Of a stretch of 64,000 nucleotides of DNA, positions 38,964-49,225 are shown piece after piece. Location of the stretch: assembly GCA_964247055.1 (NCBI GenBank), contig OZ176050.1:5022001-5086000 (forward strand), given 5' to 3'. The first letter of the stretch is position 1; every line of letters starts with the position of its first letter. The notes beneath the pieces were generated by a model. That model was given only the letters and a program-made list of their open reading frames with translations. It was not told the origin of the DNA and searched no databases. Made by a program: the position numbers and the translations under genes. The stretch is from Paragordius varius. Its lineage: Eukaryota; Animalia; Nematomorpha.

Positions 38964-39534
38964 CACTTGGAGACAAAACATTTATTTTAGTCCTTTGAAT
39001 CAAATTGGGGTAGTTGGAAACCCACTCCTGTTAAAAATTAAATTCTTAAAAAAATATGGAAGGAATCGAAACCATTGCAAATTGCACTTATATAACATTA
39101 ATAAACCGAAATATATAAAGTTTTATTCAAAAATAGTTAATATTACTTATTTTAAGCTAAAACGGAAAGGTAAAAATTTCGTCAACGTGACATGGGTGAA
39201 ATGGTAAAATTAAAAAATAAAACAAAATAAACCGCTTTTTCTATTTCTATCAATGTTGGATGTAATTTAAATAAAAAATTAGCTTAAATTTTACCCTTAA
39301 AACTTAGCGAAAACGATATTTGCAAAAAATTTGTAAAATAAAAATGGCGTCGAAGTAGTTTGACATGGAACTTTTTTTCCAAAACAAAATTTTAGTTAGA
39401 TATATTGGCATATTTATATAATTTTTATTAGGATAGACGCAAAAATTTAATTTAGACCGTTTCTTTCAGTTTTTTAGAAACCCCAACTTAAATTTAGTCT
39501 GGGGTATTTAGATATCCCAATTTGAGTCGAAGTG
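38964..39534 (-). mobile_element. piggyBac-like MITE family P, copy 4
   Basis: Reverse-oriented full copy; TTAA at the left flank, ATAG at the right. Confidence 0.85.
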
Positions 39535-39971
39535 ATAGTCAAGATTTATTTATAATGCAAAATATACATTAATATATATCTAAAAAAACAGCTTTTATAA
39601 CTTATTGCCCAACAACCCCAAAATTTTGTTTTTCAGATGATAAACAAAGATTTTAACTTGAAAGACCATGGTTTATTAACCTAAAAACAAACATTCGTGG
39701 ATTGTTGTTGTGGTTTATTATTTGCTAAATAATTCAATCATCTTTCACCAAACGAAATACCTTCTGTCTCCAAGTTTCCGTTCTATGGATTAAGCCGAAT
39801 TAATAATTATTCTTAGCCTTTTAGACATGTTATATATATTTTTATTTAAAATGTTAAACTGTAAAAAAATCCTTAAATATTTTTTGTCGCCATTTTTGTC
39901 CATAATTTTTTATATCGCCAATTTTTTAAGCAAATAAATGTATGTTATAGTTAAATAGGAAACATTAAATT

Positions 39972-40594
39972 TAAGAAGCACTCTATTATGATAAGAAACA
40001 TAAGATAAAGATGATATTGTAGTGGTAATGTTTATAATTACTATTTATAATTTCATTTAATTCTATTTAATTATCCTTTATCGTTATATTACGGATTTTA
40101 ACAACTGTTATTACAAAACATAACCAATCCGTTCATTACCATTACAATATCATCTTTATCTTATGTTTCTTATCATAATAGAGTGCTTCTTAGATATTAA
40201 ATTGATTTCTATGAAATCCCTAAGTAGCTATACTCTAAATCTAGGCTCACTCCTAGAGTTAATTTTCAGTTTATTTTCAAATTTTCAGTTTAATTCATAA
40301 ATTACATTAAATTTAATTTAGATTCGTATAACCAACTGCATTTATACCAAAATTGCAAAGTTGGATATATATACGAAATCGATATGTGAAAACCCCAAGT
40401 CAAATAGTTGTGTCGTACTGATGAGTGAACAAGCACGAAACTAGTCTGCGATTACTATTGACGAAGGGTTTTACATATCGTTTATAATTACTATTTATAA
40501 TTTCATTTAATTCTATTTAATTATCCTGTATCGTTATATTACGGATTTTAACAACTGTTATTACAAAACATAACCAATCCGTTCATTACCATTA
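39972..40594 (+). mobile_element. Non-autonomous hammerhead-bearing retroelement (retrozyme / Penelope pseudo-LTR-like)
   Basis: 115-bp direct repeat 40030-40144 / 40480-40594 (1 mismatch, period 450). ~59-bp inverted copy 39972-40030 of 40134-40192. Hammerhead motif just before the second repeat. No ORF. Confidence 0.65.
40412..40452 (+). ncRNA. Minimal type-I hammerhead ribozyme
   Basis: Stem I GTCGTA/TGCGAT; core CTGATGA (40418-24); stem II GTG-AACAAG-CAC; GAAA (40437-40); short stem III within palindrome ACTAGT; GTC cleavage triplet with predicted cut after 40446. An outer stem (TATGTGAAAACCC/GGGTTTTACATA, GTCAAATAGT/ACTATTGAC) extends helix I. Confidence 0.85.
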
Positions 40595-40964
40595 ATATAA
40601 TTAGATTTTACATCAGCTGTTCGGTTTAATCATTTGTGGCAGTCCCAATTTTAGGCTTTAGAAGTCATAAAATTATTAAAAATATTTTTTAAATTATCTT
40701 AATAAACTATAATAACCATTCAAACTGTAGATTTACAAAGCTCTGGTGTATACTAACATAAAATGTAACTAGGACGTAAAATTCAAAAGTTACTGAAGTT
40801 TCAATACAAAGTTTTTTTATACAGATTGAGTAATCATACAAAACGTATTTCACATATATATGTATATATATATTCTAAGTACAATATGAATAAAACTTAT
40901 AAATATAAAATTGATTCGATAGATTAAATATACACACTATGAAACATTTTTATGTTCAGGCCAT

Positions 40965-41357
40965 ATGATCAATAAGTATCGGTACAAAGATATTGCGCGA
41001 TTATTAAATCAATGGCCGATCGATGTGAATAAGACCAAATTTAATCGTGATCTAGGTTACTATCTCCGAGAAGAAATAAATAAAATATATGCAACCGAAA
41101 TTTCCAGAAAATACTTATGCGATCAAATATTTGTAGATTTGAATGATATAATAAATAACAAATATGCGTGTATTTACAAACGGGATATCACTCTTCTTGG
41201 ATCAAGCAGAATATCCAAAGATATATGTAATAAAATTATATCTGATGGAACAATCGAATTTTTGCAACCAAAGAAGGGTTTTGTGTCGAAATTAAAATCA
41301 TTATTCAATAATCGTCAAGCTTCATCAAATTATATTCACGCAATTAATAAATCATAA
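40965..41357 (+). CDS. UQCC2: Ubiquinol-cytochrome c reductase complex assembly factor 2 (intronless, 130 aa)
   Basis: RYKDIARLLNQWPIDVNKTKFNRDLGYYLREEI...CDQIFVDLNDIINNKY matches the remembered UQCC2 pattern [28 protein letters not shown]...CDQMYESLARLHSNYY. Confidence 0.8.
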   Translation: MINKYRYKDIARLLNQWPIDVNKTKFNRDLGYYLREEINKIYATEISRKYLCDQIFVDLNDIINNKYACIYKRDITLLGSSRISKDICNKIISDGTIEFLQPKKGFVSKLKSLFNNRQASSNYIHAINKS

Positions 41358-41434
41358 TTTATTTATAGTATACAATAAATTTATCTAATAGTAAGCCTTT
41401 TATTACACTCACAAAATTTTATTATTTCTGTAAA

Positions 41435-42473
41435 TTAGTTTAACGAAAAGTTCTTAAAACCAATCCCACCTAATTGGCTTGAACAAATTAATGTTTGATT
41501 TGTATCGTTTGTTGCGTCAGAAAAATTGACCATCGTAAGCGTGTTTTCATTGTCTAGAGATTTAGTTGCTACACCTTTTGTTTCAGTAGTGGTGAGAAAC
41601 CCATCATTGCATTGTTCATCTTGATACACAAATTTATTTATCGGCAATAATGTGGATTTATTTTCATCTGGGAAAATGTTACTGGAATCATCGCACTCCG
41701 GATTTTCTTTCAATGCATTTTGAGATTTTGAAAGCCACTCTGAACAAGCATCCATTTTATTAGGATTTTGAATATCTCGATAGGTCGTAATATCAGATTC
41801 AACATTATTCAGCAAATCGACCCATTCTGGAAGATTATCCTTATTCTCAAAATCATCATCTACTGTATTAATTTTGGGCGTTTTTCCATTTGCATTCTTT
41901 TTTGGGCATAAATCCTCTTTAATCATTTGATAAAGAGTTCCACTATTCTTCCGAAACGTGTTTTTCGGTTTTTCACTTGAAGTATTGTTACCTGGGGTTT
42001 TCGACCTTAAATTGTAATCGTTCGATGATTCAAACTTAAATGATTTACGAATGTTTTTGCCACCATCAATTAGTTCACGAACGTTTACAGTTTTAGATGA
42101 AGTGTCCCTATTATGTGAACGTGTATTTTTTCTTGTGGATCCACCACTTGATACTGTTTCTGTTTGATTATTATTATTTATATCCAATTCCGAATCAAAA
42201 GATTGTATTTTGGTAGGTATTTTAACGTATTCGCGAACACATTCTTTATTACCAAAAACTGCAGTGTCTTTGAGAACTGTAATTTTTTTACTTCGCAAAG
42301 GCGTCATTTCGTTTTCAGAGGATGCTGGTTGAGAAACATCAAGGGATGAAGTATCACTCATCAAACTACTATTGCTAATTTTTGTCAAAGTAAAGAATAT
42401 TAATTTGATATCACTAATTGAGTTAGACTGGTTATGAATACATGACCGCTTATGAAATAACCGGAAGAACCTT
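41435..42473 (-). CDS. Orphan Ser/Asn/Lys-rich ORF (~310-345 aa); separate gene or alternative SLBP 3' exon
   Basis: Frame is open from an AG at 42474 to the stop at 41435, far longer than chance in this AT content. First in-frame ATG is MSDTSSLDVSQ. No recognisable domain. Confidence 0.55.
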
Positions 42474-42669
42474 CTAATATATGTTAATTATGTGATTAAA
42501 TTTAAAAATCATGATTAAAGTTTAAATTTAATATAAATATGCAAAATTGGTAAATTTTACCTGTCATTATTATATCATGAAAGGTTAACTTGTTTTTATT
42601 TATTGTAATAAGTATATATATTTTATCATTGTGATGATGATGACTCTTTATGACCATAAATGACTGCAT

Positions 42670-43444
42670 TCATAAGCGATCGAACCGGTTATTTTTGTCT
42701 GGTGAAAAGCTTATTCTAATATACAACCGACAAATTTATATACCTATAATCTTTGGGTTCATAATTAGGATCATCCCAAAAATGCAAATGCTTTTTCCAA
42801 ATTTTTATTTGGGCATCCCATGAACGACGGCTTACCTTTTTAAATTTATTTGGCGTTACGGGATGATGTTTAAGGCGTTTAGATCTAAATATTAAAATTT
42901 TCAAAACTTATGAATTTTGGCTCTGTAAAGCTTATAACTATCAGTTACGTATCCATAGTCTATTTGTTTTTGCCGATTATGTAACAGGTTTATATCGGTT
43001 TCGATTTTTAAAAGAGCCCTGACAAATTATATAATAATAAAACCTTTGTTGTTCAGATTCGTTTGAAAAATATGATTGAACTTTGTTTTGATACCTAAAA
43101 TAAAAATTAACGAATACTTTTCTAATTGGTCTTTTATTATATTTTCTGCACTAAGACGAGTATCCATTATATCCGCCCAACTTTTACTTTCCACCAAAGT
43201 CAATGTGTATTTTTTTCTAATTTATTAAATTAAATTTTACTCTGAGAAAAAGGCGGTTTTATTTTTCCTAAAAATTAACTCTTTTTTACTTGAATATTTT
43301 TGGGGTAGAGGTTGAGATCGAAAGTGATCTTTTTGAATTTGCATTTTTAGTAGGTGTTTGAAAGCCTTCTTTAAGACTAACGTCATTAAGATCAATAGAT
43401 CTAAACTATAAAACAAATTCAACAAACTTAAGAACTCTTGTCAT
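42670..43444 (-). CDS. SLBP: Histone RNA hairpin-binding protein (stem-loop binding protein)
   Basis: Exons: 43444-43436 (tentative), 43405-43290, 43267-43241, 43216-43118, 43094-43044, 43018-42908, 42884-42744, 42715-42670. RNA-binding domain [72 protein letters not shown]-terminal SWADIM motif. Confidence 0.9.
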
Positions 43445-43511
43445 TCCTGTTTGCTCTGTTAAAAACGGCGCCAATGTCTAAAATCACTGTAAATGAAGCA
43501 ATCCGTACCAT
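43445..43511. promoter_or_regulatory. Putative bidirectional promoter / overlapping 5' UTRs of SLBP and LSm1
   Basis: Only 67 bp separate the two divergent ATGs. Inferred from gene geometry only; the SLBP ATG is tentative. Confidence 0.5.
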
Positions 43512-44003
43512 ATGAGGATTGGTGAAAGGGAATTTTTACCTGGTACAGCAAATTTGGTTTTTGATGTCGACAGTAATTTAAATTTTATTCTATCAAAGAA
43601 AGGCTTTTAGTTTGGCTTCGGGATAATCGCATACTCATTGGTTATATGAGAAGCGTTGATCAATATGGTAATTGCATAATATTTATCTTATTAGCCAACA
43701 TTGTTTTACATCAAACTATTGAAAGAATTATAGTCGGACAAAAATATGGAGATTTGGACCGTGGCACATATATTATTCGTGGAGAAAATGTGTCCCTTAT
43801 AGCGGAATTGGTTTTTCTTGAATCATATTTGTTAGAAAGATTATATTGAAATGGATAAAATGGAAAAATTACCGTTTGAAGAAATTCTTCGGGCTCAAGA
43901 AGAACAAAACACACAGTTGAAAGAAGAAAAGAATAAACGCAAGATGCTTTTAAAATTAAGAGGAATATCATACATTCCTGCATTTTTAGAGGAAGAGTTA
44001 TAG
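43512..44003 (+). CDS. LSM1: Sm-like protein LSm1 (137 aa)
   Basis: Exons 43512-43572, 43599-43667, 43695-43810, 43836-44003 give MRIGEREFLPGTANLVFDVDKRLLVWLRDNRILIGYMRSVDQYANIVLHQTIERIIVGQKYGDLDRGTYIIRGENVSLIAEL...LPFEEILRAQ.... Introns are 26, 27 and 25 nt. Confidence 0.95.
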
Positions 44004-44434
44004 TTAATATAATAAATTTTTAACTTATGAAAATTATTTTTAACTACTGTCATATTATAAAGAACAATGTTTATAAAAATATTTTTGGATAATCACAAAG
44101 AATTCTGGATGAATGCTATTATTCAAATTAAAATTGGGGTAGTTATTGATCAATTCTGCTTAAACGAAAAATTACAGTTTTTTTGTATGGACTTGAATAA
44201 AATTCTTATATTAAATGTAATTTAAAATTAATTATAGATAAATCGATAATTAAAATGCAGTTATTAAATGTAAAAAACCTAATATTTATAATATGGTATT
44301 ATATTTAATTTTAAAATCATAAAATAATGAACACCTTATTAAATATTATTTTGGGAGAAAAGTCCGAAATATGGAAAAACGTTTCCATATATCCCCAAAA
44401 GCATACCAGGTGCTTCATGTTTATATGATTAATA

Positions 44435-44735
44435 CATGGGTGTCCAACACGCGGGTGCGGCTCTTTGAAACTCTATATGCGGACCACGAAAGTTTTAATA
44501 ATCCATAATTTGCCAAAATATGCTCACAAATGTAATTAAAATTGTATTTCGCAAACAATTTTTCGTAATAAGTCTATTCAATTGGTAACTAGAAAACATT
44601 ATTATATTTTGTTTGCATTTTACAGTTTAATGATTGAAATCCTATATATAATGATAGTCCAGATATATCAACTTCAGCCCGCCGATTTTTATATTAAAAT
44701 GCGGCTCGCGAATTCATTTGTGTTGGACACCTCTG
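44435..44735. mobile_element. hAT MITE family A
   Basis: CATGGGTGTCCAACACGCG... / ...TGTGTTGGACACCTCTG. Flanks GATTAATA / GTTTAATA (7/8). Confidence 0.8.
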
Positions 44736-46486
44736 GTTTAATAGATGACACGGGTAATCGATAATCTATAATGAAATATTTCAATTTGATCCTTTACATT
44801 GTTTTTTATTCATAGTTTTCTCTGGTAAGGGGTAAATTTTATCTGCCAGATTTTTTTGATTGAACCCCCAAATCGCTTTAATGTGATTTGAGGTTTTTGA
44901 TTTTTAAATAACTTGATCGTAAAAATCACATAGGGGATTTATTATAGGGGTATAAATATCCGTAAAATATTAATGCATTGTAATAGTCGATATTACTTAA
45001 AGATGCCTAAGAGGTTTACAAGTTTATTTTATTAACCTGAATATTGTGCTTAATTTTTATTAATTTCCTGCTGAGATGTATTTGGGACGACAAACCTAAT
45101 TTGTAATAAAGTTTTATAACATATATATACTTATGTAAAAATATGGAAAAGCTAAACTGTAATTTTATTTTTAGATAGTTAGGGATCAATATGCGGATTT
45201 CGAGCCTTTATAAAAACTCTAGTTTTTTTAATGCGCGGTTTTATTAGGTACCCTGATAAATCAGTGATACTTCTGTCTAGAGAGAGACATTATAATTTTT
45301 TGTTGGCATATTTAACAAAAACAAACCCAGAGATCTCAGTAAACAAAGTATTAATCAATTAGAAGTGTTAGTTTTCTTCCTTAATCCGATTGAAGAAATT
45401 GCCACACTTTTAAATTATATTGAAATTGTCCTTGATAACAATTTAAATAAAATATTCATTTACACGCTATCCAAAAAAACAAAATATTACTTGGTGGCAA
45501 GTTATTTGACAATTACTTTAAAATATTTTTAAATGTGACCTTTAAAATGTCATAGATATTTTACAAGATAATTATTGAAAGTGTACTGTGGTCGTTGCTA
45601 TTGTTGTTAACGGTGCGGTTCGGCGCCGAATCGATTTAGCTATTCGTAGATTTGAAAAATTTATCATATTAAGTAAAATTTAATGCACTTAAAAACAAAA
45701 GGGCACAAAAATATAAATATAAGAAAACAAAAGGAAAACAAAGAAACCATAAAATGATTTTAAATTATGATAAATTAACTCAGAAAAATAAAATTATGCA
45801 TTCTGCAAATGAATTGCTTTTTTCCACGTATCGGCTTGATCGACACGCCAAAAGATCAAATACACCGGCCGGATTTGCAATTCGGCGTCAAACCACAAAC
45901 CTCAACGTGGCCTGGTTGCCCATTTGTGGAATAAAACAAGACAACGATATGGAAATAATATTAAAAACCTTTTTAAACTCAAGTCATTTTTTAGAATAGT
46001 AATTAATTAAAAAATAGTATAATTTTTTTGGTGTAATTATGCAAACGTTATGACCATTTTGTGAAGAATGTCATTTTCGGAAGAAAAGTTATACACCATT
46101 TGAGAGCAAATTCGATCGTAACAAGCAGCTTAAAATCAAATAATTTACTACAACTTTTAACTAATCTTTTAGAAAGATTCTGAAAAATTTAAATAAAAAC
46201 TGCTCTGAGTTATGACTATTAAACTTAATAGTGTGTTATTAATTGGTTAGATTTTGATTAAAAGACGGATGCAAGACTTCTCTCCTATTTATATTCATTT
46301 GAATTTAGTATGATTCAGTTTTTTTAAAATATAACTAATAAATATATAATAGTTAGGATTTTTAATGGAAGTAAAATTATTTCTAAAGGATTTTTCTTTT
46401 TAGATTCTCTAGCAAGTTACAATATAATGACAAACGTTTATGTTTAAAGCCAAAACATACGGTTGAATTTCCAGTATATTATAAAT

Positions 46487-46560
46487 CAGTGATGCTCAAA
46501 CCGCCGCCCTAAAAGTGTGTTTTTATGGCCCTGAATTATTAAATAACTTTTTTGATTGCT
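46487..46560 (+). mobile_element. Left-end fragment of the 1254-3711 hAT family
   Basis: CAGTGATGCTCAAACCGCCGCCCTAA matches 1254 CAGTGATACTCAAACCGCGGCCCTAA. No right end found. Confidence 0.55.
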
Positions 46561-47216
46561 AACAAGATGTTTTATTTTTTAGTATTTACAAAAAATCCCG
46601 TTTAATTGGGTAACTTCTCAATCATTGAATTTTATAGAAGAATATTTGTTTCTTTAAAACTTATGCTTTGGTTTTGATAATATGCATCTTGCTTATCCAT
46701 CATAATGATATTATTTTGGAAGAAATATTTTAAGGATTTCGCATAGAATAAGGGTTTATTGAGTAGATCAAAATGTGCCAAATAATATTATGTACTGGAG
46801 TTATTCTTGTTTTGCCTCTTATATTGAGGCGGCATATTTAAAAACGAAAAATAGAAAAAGGTGAGATATGACATTAGATTGGCCTGGTATGAGAACCAGA
46901 TTTATCAAAAAATATTGGTTATTAAAAACTATGATTGTAATGTATAAGTTTTTATTATCAAAATATTTGTATCATAACTCTCAAAAAAATCTTTGTATAC
47001 TGATTTATTGTACAAGTATCTGCAGATAAAGCTGTACACTTGTTGGTGTTATATTGTGACCCTTAAGACAAAATATTCAGACCATCAATTTCTTACCACC
47101 GATTTAAATACATAAAACTTTCAAAGGCAATTTTTTGCTCTTTTCCTAAATACACACGCAAAGGATGGCGTGTTTTCTGGGTTGAGTGGACCACTGTATA
47201 CATACCTTCCATTTAA

Positions 47217-47239
47217 ATATATATATATATATATATATG

Positions 47240-47275
<36 letters not shown>

Positions 47276-47280
47276 CATAC
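47217..47280. repeat. (TA)n microsatellite tract
   Basis: Interrupted TA run with self-complementary flanks TGTATAAAT/ATTTATACA. Similar TA runs at ~18697-18724 and ~24302-24323. Confidence 0.9.
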
Positions 47281-49225
47281 ATATTTTGTCCCAGTCATTA
47301 TAAATTAATTGATGCATCTTTAAAACATGCAATATTTTTTGTCAGATAATAAATAAATTATTATAAAAAAAGGGATTAAACATAATATATGGCCAAATTT
47401 CTTTACATCATAATAAACGAATATAGGCTTAAATAATGGTTTAATTGATTCATTCCATATGTAACTTATATATATGGTAAAATACCACATATACATATAA
47501 CTAAAAGCATTAATATTCCTTAAACATAATTTTTAGGCTTAGTAAAACCTGTAGTATGCGTGAGGATTTTCGTAAAATTATTAATGATGGTCATTCACTC
47601 GCATATTTCCATATCACTAGCTAAACAAATAAATAAATAGTTTATAAAATGTTTTTTCTTCTCTTCCCTGTGTTCTCCAAAGTCCAAAAATATTATGTAA
47701 GAAAAAAACTTTTGTATGATTTTTGTTAAAACAATTCTACATACAAAACTTAAACTGGTTTAGGAAAACTATATCTTGTGGATAAAATCAATAATAGACA
47801 TATCGAAATATAGTGTTACTAGTCCATTGATGGAAAAAGTCAACGGAAATTCCATAAAAAAGTGTTATTTTAAAATAGAAAATGTAATTAATAAAATATA
47901 AAGTGAGTAATCTCATATTGATAAAAGGACATAAGTTAAATAAATGTTTATAACCAAAACTTATAGAAAACTTGCTTAATTTCATTCTGATACAATTTTC
48001 TTCCAAATCAAATTAGTATAACAATTGTTTTTTTATATTTTTATGACATCAACCACTGTGTATTAAACGTATTCAATGTTATGGATTAAAAAAGCATCTT
48101 AATATTATTTCAAACAAAACAGAAAACACCTGAATTTTTTTGGGGGACACCTTAAAAAAATTGATTTTTTTATAAAATAATAGTTTAGTTGTGTTTTTAG
48201 AACTTAACTGGTGGCATTTGCATATAGAAATACGCGACAGTTCTTTTTAAATAGTTTTTTTTTGCTTTTTATAAAATAATCATTTTCTAGTAATATATTA
48301 TTGTGCAGAAACTATATATATAGACTATTAGGATTTGGATCGATAAATTTTTATCACATCAATGAACAAAGGCTCCTACACTTCTTATCTATTTTAATAC
48401 TATAGACAGAGAAAGAGAGGAAAATATTTATAGATAGAAACAATAAATATAAAAACGTATAGTAAAACCCCCTAAAAGACTAATAAGACTTAAACCCAAT
48501 ATATTGTGAGAGAAAATAATTTTGTATATATACTATAAACTATTATATACGCTACCGTCTGAAAAACATGTGTAATATGTAACTTTTCAATAAAATTTAC
48601 CTTTTGAATTGCAAGAATAATTGTTTTTGTATACAATACAATGTATCTTTTTTTGTCATTGACAATTTTAACTTTTTGCATTGGTTTATTTGGAATTATT
48701 TTAAATAAAAACGATAATAACCTCCATATACTATTTAATGTGCGCGCGCTATTCCTTTTATATGTCTCTGTCTCTAATATGCCATTAACTAATTCCTCCA
48801 ATTTTCAAAGTTAGTTTTTATCGCATAATAAAATCACGCTAAAAAATTTCAATAATTGTAATATAGCACCTCTTATCGCATTCTTTAATTGGGTTATATA
48901 TTATAGACTTTTATATCCTTTACAATAATGCAGTTTTTCATTTTTCAATGAATCAATATTAAAATTTTTGATTCATATTTATTTGACTTTGAAGATGATT
49001 AAATCTTATTAGGTGTTACAAAACTGCCTCTAGATACTCCTTCAAAACTAATAATTATTCAGAATTTATATAGGATGGCCACTAGCTAGCTACATATTGG
49101 CTGCATTTGGTATATTTATTATTTGATTCTTTGACTCTTTTCCCTAATGACTACTTTATATATTACTATTATTAATTGAGAGAAAACGTAATAAAATTAC
49201 TTTATCCAACAAAAATATCATATAA

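Noticed and set aside
40398-40445. Type-III hammerhead fold using the upstream GTC at 40399-40401
   Set aside because: Stem I would not pair. The type-I fold with the downstream GTC (40444-40446) pairs fully.
42600-44100. U7 snRNA or histone stem-loop near SLBP/LSm1
   Set aside because: No GGYYCTTTTMAGRRCC hairpin or U7-type Sm site with a 3' hairpin was seen.
45590-45999. GC-richer patch with a GGTTCG hairpin and an 81-aa ORF
   Set aside because: It is not a tRNA cloverleaf and the ORF has no recognisable motif. It may be regulatory or TE-derived but this is unsupported.
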